In this document: in pieces, positions 36,005 through 46,198 of the stretch
Layout of the letters: each line of letters starts with the position of its first letter
How positions within the stretch are numbered: position 1 is the first letter of the stretch
From: Pseudomonadota bacterium
Lineage (GTDB): Bacteria; Bdellovibrionota_G; JALEGL01; DATDPG01
Direction: 5' to 3'
DNA length: 61,008 nucleotides
Assembly: GCA_043809315.1 (NCBI GenBank)
Contig: JAZDDX010000005.1
Span: forward strand, 1 to 61,008
The notes under the pieces: generated by a model
The model's database searches: none
What the model saw: the letters and a program-made list of their open reading frames with translations, nothing else
Told to the model about the DNA's origin: nothing
Made by a program: the position numbers and the translations under genes

Positions 36005-37219
36005 ATGCCGGTCTATCAATACAAAGCAGTCACGAGCGCCGGGAAAACCGTCAAGGGAGTGATCGACTCCCCGAACACGTCGGAAGCCCGAGCTCGACTC
36101 CGACGCGAGGGGGTCTTCTTAACCGAGATCGCCGAGACGAAAGCGGAGGGAGCGAACGCCGTACCGGGGAACATCCAGTTCTCCCGCGGGGTCGCCCCGC
36201 AGGACGTGACGATCATGACCCGCCAGCTCGCGACGCTCATCGGGGCGGGGATCCCGCTGGTCGAGGCGCTGACGGCGCTCGTCGACCAGGTCGACAACAT
36301 CAAGCTCAAGCGGGCCTTGTCCGACGTGCGGGAGCGGGTGAATCAGGGAAGTTCGCTGGCCGAGGCGATGCGTGTTCATCCGAAGATCTTCTCGAACCTG
36401 TTCGTCAACATGATCCGGGCCGGCGAGGCCTCCGGCGCCCTCGACATCGTCCTGAACCGACTCGCTGATTTCAGCGAGAACCAGACACGGCTGCGGGGAA
36501 AGATCATCTCGACCCTGGCCTACCCCGCGATCATGCTGGTCATCGGAGCGATCGCTCTCGTCGGAATCTTCACCTTCGTCATCCCGAAGGTGGTGAACCT
36601 CTACAAAGACATGGGACAGGCGCTGCCGCTCCCGACGCAGATCCTGATCGGCACCTCCAAGATCTTCACCAGTTACTGGTACTTCGTCGCCGGGTTCGGG
36701 ATCGTCGTTTTTTTCACGGTGCGCGGATACTTACGAACCCCAGCGGGACGGAGACAGTTCGACCGTTTCTTGCTCCACATGCCGATCTTCGGGCCGGTCT
36801 TCCGGATGGTGGCAATCGCCCGGTTCGCGAACACCCTTTCCACGCTTCTCGCAAGCGGTGTCCCGATCCTTCTCGCGATGGACATCGTGAAGAACATCCT
36901 GAACAACATCGTCCTCGCGGAAGTGATCGAGAGCGTCCGGACGAACGTCTCGGAAGGGGATTCGATCGCCGAGCCGCTCCGCCGGAGCGGGGAGTTCCCC
37001 CCTCTCGTCACACACATGATCGCGATCGGCGAGAAGACCGGCGAGGTGGAGGGGATGCTCAAAAAGGTTTCGGAGACGTACAACAACCAGGTGGACGCGC
37101 GCGTCGCCACGATGACGTCGCTTCTGGAGCCGCTCCTGATCGTCGTGATGGCGGTCGTGATCGGCTCGATCGTGGTGAGCGTGATGCTGCCGCTGTTGGA
37201 CATGAAGATGGCACTTTAA
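36005..37219 (+). CDS. gspF: T2SS inner membrane platform GspF
   Basis: RQLATLIGAGIPLVEAL, AGEASGAL, IGEKTG. Confidence 0.96.
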   Translation: MPVYQYKAVTSAGKTVKGVIDSPNTSEARARLRREGVFLTEIAETKAEGANAVPGNIQFSRGVAPQDVTIMTRQLATLIGAGIPLVEALTALVDQVDNIKLKRALSDVRERVNQGSSLAEAMRVHPKIFSNLFVNMIRAGEASGALDIVLNRLADFSENQTRLRGKIISTLAYPAIMLVIGAIALVGIFTFVIPKVVNLYKDMGQALPLPTQILIGTSKIFTSYWYFVAGFGIVVFFTVRGYLRTPAGRRQFDRFLLHMPIFGPVFRMVAIARFANTLSTLLASGVPILLAMDIVKNILNNIVLAEVIESVRTNVSEGDSIAEPLRRSGEFPPLVTHMIAIGEKTGEVEGMLKKVSETYNNQVDARVATMTSLLEPLLIVVMAVVIGSIVVSVMLPLLDMKMAL

Positions 37220-37233
37220 GAAGGGAGAAACGA

Positions 37234-37689
37234 ATGAAGCGCTTCAGAAAACGAAACATCGGAACCCGGGGATTCACCCTGGTCGAAATCATGGCGGTGG
37301 TCTTCATCATCGGTTTGTTGGTGGGGATCGTCGGCGTGGGGGTGAACTCGCGCATCAAGAAAGCCAGGATCGAGGCGATGAAAGCGCAGGTCGCTTCGCT
37401 CGAGCAGGCGATCTCGATGTTCCACCTCGAGTGCGGCTTCTACCCCGACGCGCTGGAATCGCTCGTCAAGCCGCCCGCGGGCGGCCGGACCTGCAAGGGG
37501 TATCCGTCGGACGGTTTCTTGCGGAAATCGGAAGTTCCGAGCGACGCCTGGGGAAAACCGTTCGTCTATTCCCAGCCCGGAACGCACAACCGGGACAGCT
37601 ACGACCTCGCGTCGGCCGGTCCGGACGGCGAGGAGGGAACGGCGGATGACATCGGGAACTGGTCGGCGGAGCAGACCGAGGAACAGTAA
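37234..37689 (+). CDS. gspG: major pseudopilin GspG
   Basis: G|FTLVE prepilin site; DAWGKPFVY, SAGPDGEEGTADDIGNW. Confidence 0.95.
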   Translation: MKRFRKRNIGTRGFTLVEIMAVVFIIGLLVGIVGVGVNSRIKKARIEAMKAQVASLEQAISMFHLECGFYPDALESLVKPPAGGRTCKGYPSDGFLRKSEVPSDAWGKPFVYSQPGTHNRDSYDLASAGPDGEEGTADDIGNWSAEQTEEQ

Positions 37690-37693
37690 TCGG

Positions 37694-38326
37694 ATGGGGA
37701 TGCGCCGCCGAGATCGCGGTTTCACGTTGATCGAGCTGACGGCGGTCGTGCTGATCATTGGGCTTCTCTCCACCATCGCCGTTCCGAAGCTCTCGGCGGT
37801 CACCGGTATGAACCTCCGCTCCTCGGCCACTCACATCGGAGGATACCTGCAGGCCGGATACCAGCAGGCGGTCCTCCGGCACGAGCGGATCCGCGTCCGG
37901 TTCGACACCGCCCGGGGACTTTACTGGGCGGAGAAATTTGAAGAGCCGGCGACGGTGCCTCTTCTCGATGCGAGCACGAAGATCGACGATGCTCTCCGAG
38001 CGTTCGAGGATCTGGAGCGAAGTGCGGACGCCTCGGAGGAAGAGAAGGCGGCACGTCTCGACAAAGCGTTCAAACGAATCGAAAGCGTGACGCTCAAACC
38101 GGAGAAACTCCCCTCCGGGATCAAGATCAAAGCGATCTACACCTCCTTTGAAGGAAAGATCCAATCGGGGGAGATGCCGTGGGTCGATTTCCCTCCGAGC
38201 GGTTTTTCCCCCAAGACGATCGTCTACGTCGGGACCGACGCCGGCGACATTTATAGCGTCATCCTTCCGCCCCTTTCGGGCCGACCGCGGATCGAAAAAG
38301 GGGAAGTGAGGCCGGAGGATGTCTAG
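37694..38326 (+). CDS. gspH: minor pseudopilin GspH-like
   Basis: G|FTLIE prepilin site; operon position. Confidence 0.8.
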   Translation: MGMRRRDRGFTLIELTAVVLIIGLLSTIAVPKLSAVTGMNLRSSATHIGGYLQAGYQQAVLRHERIRVRFDTARGLYWAEKFEEPATVPLLDASTKIDDALRAFEDLERSADASEEEKAARLDKAFKRIESVTLKPEKLPSGIKIKAIYTSFEGKIQSGEMPWVDFPPSGFSPKTIVYVGTDAGDIYSVILPPLSGRPRIEKGEVRPEDV

Positions 38327-38891
38327 GAATCCTCTTTCCGCTTTCTCGTTCGTCGAGGTGATGGCGGCGGTCGCGATCCTATCGATCTCGCTCATCGTCC
38401 TGATGGACAACCAGGCGAAATCGATGGATATGCTGGGACGGGCACGCACGGCGGATTTCGCGACGACTCTTGCGATCGCCAAGATGACGGAATTGATCCA
38501 GACCGCGAAAGCGAAAGGGGTCGGGGCGCTCCGGGACGAAGATGCGGGGGAGTTCGATCAGGAAAAGTACGCCACCTACAAGTGGCGCTCCTGGAAGACG
38601 GATGTCCCCACCCCCGATTTCGAAGCGTTGATCACCGGGATGGCGGGGGGCAAGGAAGAGGGGAAGAAGGGCGCAGCCGCCTCGAGCGGACCGCTCCAGG
38701 CGATCGAACAGGTCTGGGGATCGGCGCTCAAAGAACTCCATGTCGAGGTGACGTGGGGGGAAGGAAGAACTCCGCGAAGCTATGAACTCGCCACCCAACT
38801 GATCGCCCCCGACGCAGTCCTACAGATCCAGGCCGCCCTCGCCGTGATGACCGGGGGAAGAGCCGGCCCCGCACCCGAGGGAACGCCATGA
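38319..38891 (+). CDS. gspI: minor pseudopilin GspI-like
   Basis: A|FSFVE prepilin-like site; operon position. Confidence 0.78.
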   Translation: MSRNPLSAFSFVEVMAAVAILSISLIVLMDNQAKSMDMLGRARTADFATTLAIAKMTELIQTAKAKGVGALRDEDAGEFDQEKYATYKWRSWKTDVPTPDFEALITGMAGGKEEGKKGAAASSGPLQAIEQVWGSALKELHVEVTWGEGRTPRSYELATQLIAPDAVLQIQAALAVMTGGRAGPAPEGTP

Positions 38892-39610
38892 GACCCGATT
38901 CCACCGGCTTCACGCTGATCGAGGTGGTTCTGGCGGCGACGATCTTCGCCCTGGTGGCGGCGATCACCTGGGGTTCTCTTCATGCCACGTTCAAAACGGA
39001 ACGCACCGTCGCCGAACGGACGGGGCTTCAAGAGGTCGGCACCGCGGTCCTCAACAAGGTCCGGGAGGATCTCCAACAGTCGTTTCTCGTCGAGGCTCCC
39101 AAACCGCTCACGTTCATGAGGGGCGAAGACCTGATGGACCACGACAAGATCTCTTTCTCCGCCCTGGCCCACTATCCGAGCCGTCCCGAAGCACGCGAAT
39201 CGGAACAGACGCAGATCACCTACGAGACCGATACCAACCCGTCGGAACCTCAGCTCTTCCTCTTGAAACGGAAGGAGACGACCTTCCTCGACGGCACCGA
39301 CAAGGTGGAGGCGGAACCGATCGTGATCGCCTCGAACCTCCTCGTTTTCAATCTCGAGTACAGTGCCGACGGGACGAACTGGCGGCCGGCCTGGGATTCC
39401 AAGGCCCCCGAGCAGATGAACAAGCTCCCGAAGATCATTCGCTTGGCCTTGAGGCTCCGGGATCCGCAGGGGCGGGAGGAGATCTTCGAAACTCTCGTCG
39501 ATCTTCCGATGTCGGAAGGGATCGGGGTTCAGACCCAGACTCAAGCGCAGGGACAGGCGACACCAGGGCCGAGTCCTTCACCCACGGTCGTGCGAGGGAG
39601 AACGCGGTGA
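38888..39610 (+). CDS. gspJ: minor pseudopilin GspJ
   Basis: G|FTLIE prepilin site; W...WDS...LPKIIRLAL. Confidence 0.85.
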   Translation: MRPDSTGFTLIEVVLAATIFALVAAITWGSLHATFKTERTVAERTGLQEVGTAVLNKVREDLQQSFLVEAPKPLTFMRGEDLMDHDKISFSALAHYPSRPEARESEQTQITYETDTNPSEPQLFLLKRKETTFLDGTDKVEAEPIVIASNLLVFNLEYSADGTNWRPAWDSKAPEQMNKLPKIIRLALRLRDPQGREEIFETLVDLPMSEGIGVQTQTQAQGQATPGPSPSPTVVRGRTR

Positions 39611-40779
39611 GGGGCGCGACGAAGAACAACGCGAAAGGTTCCATCGCTCTCGTTCTGGTGCTGATCACCGTCACGCTGATCACGGCGCTCGTCGTCGAGA
39701 TCACCTACCGCTCGCAGGTTTCGGCTTCGGTCGTCGTGAACCGGCGGGAGAGTGCCAAGGCGTATGAGCTGGCACGCGCCGCCATCAACTGGTCGGTTTT
39801 TCGACTCCAACTCGACTCCGCGCTCGACCAGATCCCGGTGATTCCCGGGACGAACTACGGCGGGAAAAAGGATGATCTCCTGGAGGTCCAGTGGGCGATT
39901 CCGATCCCGTACCCGTTCGCGCCGGGGAAAACGACGAAGGCGGACGCCGCCTCTCCCTCGGATCTGGGCGGATCATTCGTAAGTGTTCTCAGCGACGAAT
40001 CGGCGAGGATCAACCTGAACGACGTCGGTTCCGGCGGGCCGCAGGGGAACGTGAAGTGGTCCGGCACGGCGGAGATTCTGGAGAACCTCCTCCTCTCCCC
40101 GCGATTCAAAGCGTACTTCAAGGGAAGGGACCACCGCGAGGTGCTTTGGGGGATCGACGACTGGACCGACGCCGACTCGATCGTCAACCACATCGGCGGC
40201 GGGATCGAGGACGCCGAGTACCAGATCGAAGGAATGAAGTACCACGTGAAGAACGCCCCGTTCTATACGCTGACCGAACTCCATTATCTGAAACCGATGA
40301 CGGACGATCTGTATCGGGAGCTGGCGCCATTCGTCACCGTCTACCCGTTCGATGCCCGCCTCCCGAGGTACAACATCTCCCCGGTCAATCCGCTGGGGAA
40401 GATCAACGTCAACACCGCTTCTCTCGAATTGATCGCTTCGTTATTCAACCGCGACACCATGCCGGACTGGCGGGAGCGGCTCGACTGCGCGCAGAAGTTC
40501 GTCAAAGCCCGCGAGTCGATGGCGTTCCGGTCGGTCCGAGGGGAAGAACCGAGTTTCCTGACGTTCCTGGGACGTGCCTGCCGTGTAGAGACGGGACAAT
40601 CGGGGGAGACTCCGATCCTGACCCCGTCCGTGGAACGGGTCCTCTCCCCCACGTGCGCCTCCGACACCTTCTCGGTGGAGGCCAACGGCTTGGTCGGAGT
40701 GACCGACAAGGCGATCCGTGCCGTTCTCTACCGGAAAGATTCGAGCAAGATCAAAATCCTCTACTGGAAGGTGATCTGA
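39607..40779 (+). CDS. gspK: minor pseudopilin GspK
   Basis: GSIALVLVL, DESARINLN, DWTDAD, KNAPFYTLTEL, KINVNTAS. Confidence 0.92.
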   Translation: MRGATKNNAKGSIALVLVLITVTLITALVVEITYRSQVSASVVVNRRESAKAYELARAAINWSVFRLQLDSALDQIPVIPGTNYGGKKDDLLEVQWAIPIPYPFAPGKTTKADAASPSDLGGSFVSVLSDESARINLNDVGSGGPQGNVKWSGTAEILENLLLSPRFKAYFKGRDHREVLWGIDDWTDADSIVNHIGGGIEDAEYQIEGMKYHVKNAPFYTLTELHYLKPMTDDLYRELAPFVTVYPFDARLPRYNISPVNPLGKINVNTASLELIASLFNRDTMPDWRERLDCAQKFVKARESMAFRSVRGEEPSFLTFLGRACRVETGQSGETPILTPSVERVLSPTCASDTFSVEANGLVGVTDKAIRAVLYRKDSSKIKILYWKVI

Positions 40780-40780
40780 T

Positions 40781-42442
40781 ATGCCGCAGAATGTACTGGG
40801 TCTCGACATCGGTTCGTTCTCGATCAAGGCCGCGCTGTTCGACACGACCTTCCGATCGTACGCGCTGACCGACCTCTTCGAGTCCCCCCCTCTCCAGACC
40901 GACGAGATCGACGCCGCCGAGCGGCCGGTCGTCATCACCGAGGCGATCCTTCGGCTTCTCAAAGACAATCGTCTGCACCCCTCCACGATCGTGACCGCCC
41001 TCTCGGGGACCACGGTCAGCACCCGACACTTGACCCTCCCCCTTCCGGACAAACAGGTCACGAAAGTCTTGCCGTTCGAACTCGAATCCGCGCTCCCGTT
41101 CGATCTCGAGGACATCATCGTCGATCATCACATGATCGCCACCTCGAAAGCGGGAACGACCCTTCTCGCCGCGGCGGCGAAGAAGAGTGCGATCACGGAG
41201 CACCTCGCGTTCCTTCGAGGAGCCGGTCTGGAGCCGGCTTTCGTCGGTCTCGATTCGCTCTTTCTGTACAACCTGAACCAGCTCACGCTCAAGAACGATC
41301 CGTCGACCTACGCGATCGTCGACATGGGACACCAGAAGACCTCGATCTGCATCGTCTCCAACCACGCCGCGCAACTGGTCCGAACCCTCTTCACCGCCGG
41401 ACACGCGGTGACGGACTCGGTCCGCTCGCAACTCGATCTGACGTTCCAACAGGCGCTCGAGGCGAAACACAGTCACGGCATTCTCGAGCTCGAGAGTCAC
41501 CCGCTCCGGAGCGACGACTTAAAGCGGTTGTCGGCCGCGATCGTGCGCGTGCTCGACCCGCTGATCGTGGAACTCCTCCAGACCTTCCAGTCGTACCGGG
41601 CCCAGCGACGGGGGATCGGCGACGGGAATCCGGCGATGGTCGAGAAGATCTTTCTCTGCGGAGGGACATCCCTGTTGCGGAACCTTCCGGAATACATCAC
41701 CGCCCGCACCGGTCTTCCGACCTCCCGCCTGGCGCTCTTCTCGGACGAATCCGGAGTGAAACCGACCGGGATCCGCGAACCGGTTCTCGCCCCGGCCGTC
41801 GCGTTGGGGCTCCGGGCCGCGGTCCGAGGCGCCAGCGCCAAGCGCGTCGCGACGATCAACTTCCGCAAAGGGGAGTTCGCCTTCGCCAAAGATCTGACCG
41901 GGATGCGCGACAAAGCGCTCTTTTTCGGGAAGTGGGTGACTGCCCTCTTCCTCCTGGGTCTCCTCCATGTCGGGTTCAAGTACAATAACCTGGCCCAACA
42001 GAAGTCCGGGATCGACAAGGTGATCCTGCAGGAGGTCCGCCGGATCGTCCCCGACGTGAAGAAACCGCCGAGTAAGGCGGGCGAGAGCTTAAAACTCTTG
42101 CGCGAACGAATCGCAAAGTACCGCGAGAAGCAGGAGGTCCTGACTTCGGGACTGAACGACCTCACCGCGTTGGGCGTTCTGAAGGAGGTGTCGACCCGGA
42201 TCCCGGCCGACATCCGGATGGATACACAGGAGCTTTTGATCGAGCGGAACCGGATGACCCTCCGGGCGACGGTCGACTCATTCGCATCGGTCGACCGCGT
42301 GATCTCGGCGCTCAAGGAAAACCCGCTCTTCTCTCGGATCGAGAAGGGGGATATCCGGGAGACACCGGACAAGAACTACGGGTTCCAGCTGATGGTGACG
42401 ATCGGGAAGGAACCGGAGGAGAAAGGGAGGAAAGGGAAATGA
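40781..42442 (+). CDS. gspL: GspL (PilM-like actin domain fused to TM/PilN-like domain)
   Basis: LGLDIGSFSIK, VDMGHQKT, LCGGTS, INFRKGEFAF then TM. Confidence 0.85.
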   Translation: MPQNVLGLDIGSFSIKAALFDTTFRSYALTDLFESPPLQTDEIDAAERPVVITEAILRLLKDNRLHPSTIVTALSGTTVSTRHLTLPLPDKQVTKVLPFELESALPFDLEDIIVDHHMIATSKAGTTLLAAAAKKSAITEHLAFLRGAGLEPAFVGLDSLFLYNLNQLTLKNDPSTYAIVDMGHQKTSICIVSNHAAQLVRTLFTAGHAVTDSVRSQLDLTFQQALEAKHSHGILELESHPLRSDDLKRLSAAIVRVLDPLIVELLQTFQSYRAQRRGIGDGNPAMVEKIFLCGGTSLLRNLPEYITARTGLPTSRLALFSDESGVKPTGIREPVLAPAVALGLRAAVRGASAKRVATINFRKGEFAFAKDLTGMRDKALFFGKWVTALFLLGLLHVGFKYNNLAQQKSGIDKVILQEVRRIVPDVKKPPSKAGESLKLLRERIAKYREKQEVLTSGLNDLTALGVLKEVSTRIPADIRMDTQELLIERNRMTLRATVDSFASVDRVISALKENPLFSRIEKGDIRETPDKNYGFQLMVTIGKEPEEKGRKGK

Positions 42443-43026
42443 GCGCCTCGTTCGAAAAATGGAAAGACCTCCTGGGACAGTTCGAGGTCCTCAAGACCTA
42501 CTACGCCTGGCTCACGGAGCGCGAGAGGTACATCGTCCTGGGGATCGGGGCGGGAGGAATCGTCTTTTTGCTCTTCGTGATCTATGCCTCTCTCCTGACG
42601 GCCGCCGCCAGCAAGGCTTCCCAGATCGACGCCAGCCGCGGATACTTGAAGGAACTCGCTGCACTCAAGACGGAGTACACGAAGACGGAGCGACAACTCG
42701 AAGATCTGGAACAGGTGATCCGCCGGTCGGATCCGAACTTCCAGCTCGCGACCGAACTCGAGAGGATGGCACGGAAACATTCCGTCTCGATCGACTCGAT
42801 CAAGGATCGTCCCGGACCCCCGAACGACTACTACCGGGAAACCCAAGCGGTCGTCGCGGTCAAACAGATCACGATCGCGAACCTGATCAACTTCCTTTTC
42901 GACATCGAGCACTCCAAACAGCTCATCCGAATCACCTCGCTCCAGGTGAAGCCGGGTTTCCAGGATCCGACTCAGCTCGGGGTGAACTTCGTGGTCTCGA
43001 CGTTCCAGCCCGGGGAGGGGTTATGA
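42439..43026 (+). CDS. gspM: T2SS protein GspM
   Basis: LTERER then TM and coiled coil; operon position. Confidence 0.82.
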   Translation: MSASFEKWKDLLGQFEVLKTYYAWLTERERYIVLGIGAGGIVFLLFVIYASLLTAAASKASQIDASRGYLKELAALKTEYTKTERQLEDLEQVIRRSDPNFQLATELERMARKHSVSIDSIKDRPGPPNDYYRETQAVVAVKQITIANLINFLFDIEHSKQLIRITSLQVKPGFQDPTQLGVNFVVSTFQPGEGL

Positions 43027-43943
43027 AGCTCATTCCCAGCGGAAGAGCGATCGCGACGACCACTCGGTATCTCCTCATCGGCGGAGCGGTTTTCGCGATC
43101 GGCCTGATCTGGAACTTCCCGTACGAGCGGATCCGGGACACGCTCACCTCGCTCCTCTCGCAACAGACCGGCTATCAATTCGACGTCGACACCCTCTCTC
43201 CGGCCCTCCCGATCGGTTTCGTGGCGAGCGGAGCCCATGTGGTCGGCCCCGCGATCGGCGATATGCCAATCGACCTCGAACTGGACCGCCTCAAGCTCAC
43301 CCTCTCCCCGGCCATGCTTCTCTACCCGTTTCGGAAAACGATCGCTGCATCGTACTCCGCACAGCGTAAAACAGACCGGTTCTGGGGAAGTTTCTCCTTC
43401 GGTCCGGGAAAATCGGCGGCCGAGTTCCGAACCAAGGATTTCAAGTTTGACCGAGCCTTTCCCAGCTCAGATGGGGAGTCGATGCTGGCGGGGTTGAAGC
43501 TCGCGGGGATTCTGGCCGCATCTCTCCGAGTCGAGGGGGGAACGGCGGCCATGCAGCGCATCGACCTCTCGGAGGCCGATGGCGAATTGAACCTCACGGG
43601 GAAGGGGATGACGGTCGAGGCAGCGGCGTTCAAGGGGATCTCGTTCGACAAAGTGACCGTCGACGCGCTCCTTCAAAAGGGGACTCTGACCGTCAAGTCG
43701 ATCGAGATGGTCGGCCCTGAGGTGACGATTAAAGCGAAAGGGTCGGTGAAGCTGGAGCCGTTCTACATCCGGAGCCAGGTCAATCTCGAGGCGAAGGTCA
43801 CGATCGCCGAGAAGGCGGCAAGCTTACGAACTATGGCAGGAGTTCTCATCGCACAAGGCGATGGGCTTACGATCGATTCGACCGGAACGATCGCCATGAA
43901 AATCGTGGGCTCCTTAGACCAACCCGACATCCGCCCCTTTTAG
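43023..43943 (+). CDS. gspN: T2SS protein GspN (deltaproteobacterial type)
   Basis: TM then FPYERIRD; ends GSLDQP; ATG at 43023 overlaps gspM stop. Confidence 0.8.
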   Translation: MKLIPSGRAIATTTRYLLIGGAVFAIGLIWNFPYERIRDTLTSLLSQQTGYQFDVDTLSPALPIGFVASGAHVVGPAIGDMPIDLELDRLKLTLSPAMLLYPFRKTIAASYSAQRKTDRFWGSFSFGPGKSAAEFRTKDFKFDRAFPSSDGESMLAGLKLAGILAASLRVEGGTAAMQRIDLSEADGELNLTGKGMTVEAAAFKGISFDKVTVDALLQKGTLTVKSIEMVGPEVTIKAKGSVKLEPFYIRSQVNLEAKVTIAEKAASLRTMAGVLIAQGDGLTIDSTGTIAMKIVGSLDQPDIRPF

Positions 43944-43980
43944 GCGGTCGGCTCCAACTCTGTTAAACTCGGAACCGTAG

Positions 43981-45438
43981 GTGGAATCGAGCGATCCGAA
44001 ATCCGCGAGCACGCGGCAGGCGTCCCGCGCTCCGATCGAGATCCAGGTCCATCTGGAGTTCGAAAAGTTCAGCGGCTTCATCACCGAATATTCTCAGAAC
44101 ATCTCCGAAGGGGGGATGTTCATCCAGACGAAGGAGCCCAAGCCCCTCGGGACGGTCGTGAGCTTCGAATTCAAGCTCGCCAACGACTTCAAGTTGATCC
44201 AGGGGCTCGGAGAGGTCGTGTGGGTGCGGACGGAGGATCTCTCCGACGACCGGCCGGCCGGGATGGGGATCAAGTTCGCCGATCTTGACTCACAAAGCCG
44301 GGAGTTGATCGCAACGATGATCACGAACTACGTGAAACGGGGAGGAGCCTCGTTTCGACTTGAGGAGGAAACTCCCTCGCCAACCTCACAGCCACCCGCC
44401 GAGACACCGGAGCTGACCGAGGAGACCGAAGCCCCGTCGGAGGCGGCGAAACAGGTCGACCTGCGGAAGCTTTTCGAGATCACCCCAGATGATGTTCCGG
44501 AACCGGAATCGGCCGGGCGCTCGTCCCCGGCGGGTTCGCTGGATGGGCCGCTCCAGTCCGATTTCCAGGCCCTTTTTGCGGCGACACCAATCCCCGAACC
44601 CCCTCCCCCCCCTCCTCCGCCGCCGGTCGAGGCGAAGAAGAAGGAAACACCCCCGACGAAGGAGGCGGTCGCGAAACCCCCGGCCGGGAAAGCCGCCCCG
44701 ACCCCTGCGAAGGCGCCGAAGCCGATCGTCGACCTTCTCGAGCCGGAGAAAACTCCTCCCCCGAAGCCGAAGCCGATCAAACGTCGGCGGAGGATCAAGG
44801 TCGGCGTCGCCGTCGCCGTCACGCTCGTTTTCGGCCTAGCGCCAGCCCTTTTCTTCCGGACCCAGATCACCCGATTTATCCTGAACGTGCTGGAACCAGA
44901 ACGGGAGAGGGAGGAACCGTTCGAACCGAAGTCCAGCTCCCCCGTGCCGGCGGCAACCATCGCCCCGACTTCGGTGCCGACCGCTCTCCCCGAAGCCACG
45001 ATCAACGCTCCCGCGGTGACCTTCCCTGCCGCAGTCACGACCTCCGCCCCCTCCCCCACGCAAGTGGCCCAGTCTCCGACTCCCGCACCAACGCCGGGGA
45101 TCCCGTTCAGCGAGATCAAAAACGTCGATTACGAGCGGATCTCCGGGGAGTTCGTTCTGGTCATCGTGGCGAATGCCCCCTTCCCCCCGGGGAGTTATTC
45201 GACGGCGCGCGTGCCGGAGGGCCCGGCGCGCGAGGTGGTCAAGATCCTGGGGATCACGAAGCCGTATCCCCGCCAGAAGTTCAAGGTGAACGCGAAAGAC
45301 GTCGAGCGGGTCCGGTTCGGGTATCACGAAGTCCTGGGGCAAAAGGAGTTCCACGTCGTCATGGATCTTCACGACCCGGCCATCCGGATCGTAAAGATCG
45401 ACAACGAAGGGGCCATCCTCCGCGTTCACCTCCACTAA
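43981..45438 (+). CDS. TIGR02266/PilZ-like domain protein with Pro-rich linker, TM and AMIN-like C-terminus
   Basis: FITEYSQNISEGGMFI, GEVVWVR...GMGIKF; TM; RVRFGYH...HVVMDL. Confidence 0.8.
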   Translation: MESSDPKSASTRQASRAPIEIQVHLEFEKFSGFITEYSQNISEGGMFIQTKEPKPLGTVVSFEFKLANDFKLIQGLGEVVWVRTEDLSDDRPAGMGIKFADLDSQSRELIATMITNYVKRGGASFRLEEETPSPTSQPPAETPELTEETEAPSEAAKQVDLRKLFEITPDDVPEPESAGRSSPAGSLDGPLQSDFQALFAATPIPEPPPPPPPPPVEAKKKETPPTKEAVAKPPAGKAAPTPAKAPKPIVDLLEPEKTPPPKPKPIKRRRRIKVGVAVAVTLVFGLAPALFFRTQITRFILNVLEPEREREEPFEPKSSSPVPAATIAPTSVPTALPEATINAPAVTFPAAVTTSAPSPTQVAQSPTPAPTPGIPFSEIKNVDYERISGEFVLVIVANAPFPPGSYSTARVPEGPAREVVKILGITKPYPRQKFKVNAKDVERVRFGYHEVLGQKEFHVVMDLHDPAIRIVKIDNEGAILRVHLH

Positions 45439-45506
45439 CGGTCAACGGAACCGTTGACTTCCTCCCGACGTTGAGGTATTGCGCCGTGCGTTAAAGGGGG
45501 AATCCA

Positions 45507-46061
45507 GTGAAAATGAAACTCGCTTTGGCTTTTGCAGCGCTACTCCTTCTTCCCGGCATGGTCCGTGCCGAAACGAAGGCGACTCAGAGAAGTTGGTTTG
45601 GAAATCGCTTCAAAACCGAAATGGCCAAGAACGCCTGCGTTCAGTCTCGAGAGATCACGCATCTGGAGCGGGAGGGGGTACTCCTTTGGAACGAGAGATT
45701 GGACCTTACGATCGATCAGAAGGGGACAACCCTGTCCCTATGTTCGCCGGTTGGGGCCTCCGAGTGGGAGTACGCGCTCCATTTTGCGAATGCCGAGGTT
45801 ACTTCGACCTTTTCGAGCGACGGCCGTGACAGCACGACTACCGTGGATTGTCTGAAAAACTTGCAGAGCGGAAGATCTTGCCACACCTACTCAGGTACGG
45901 TCTTAGAGACCGTGAAGGACATCAAGGAGTATTACACCGAGAATCCGGACGATGCCTCCGTCGACCGGACGAACTCTGCAAATTGCGCCGAAGAACTCGT
46001 GACCGGATTCCAGGCCGAACTTAAGAAGGTCTGGGGTCACGCCGTAGAAACAAGAGAATAA
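45507..46061 (+). CDS. secreted hypothetical protein
   Basis: Signal peptide MKLALAFAALLLLPGMVRA; several Cys. Confidence 0.7.
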   Translation: MKMKLALAFAALLLLPGMVRAETKATQRSWFGNRFKTEMAKNACVQSREITHLEREGVLLWNERLDLTIDQKGTTLSLCSPVGASEWEYALHFANAEVTSTFSSDGRDSTTTVDCLKNLQSGRSCHTYSGTVLETVKDIKEYYTENPDDASVDRTNSANCAEELVTGFQAELKKVWGHAVETRE

Positions 46062-46075
46062 GAACACCGTCTAAC

Positions 46076-46150
46076 TGGAGGCGACGGGCGGATTCGAACC
46101 GCCGAATAACGGTTTTGCAGACCGGTCCCTTACCACTTGGGTACGTCGCC
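46076..46150 (-). tRNA. tRNA-Cys (GCA)
   Basis: Reverse complement GGCGACGTACCCAAGTGGTAAGGGACCGGTCTGCAAAACCGTTATTCGGCGGTTCGAATCCGCCCGTCGCCTCCA. Confidence 0.95.
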
Positions 46151-46198
46151 CCGGGCGCAGTCTCTATCAACTGGGGCGCGAGTTGTCTACGAGTTCCC

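Noticed and set aside
40781-43026. Type IV pilus pilMNO assignment
   Set aside because: Context gspC-D-E-F-G-H-I-J-K and gspN shows these are T2SS GspL/GspM
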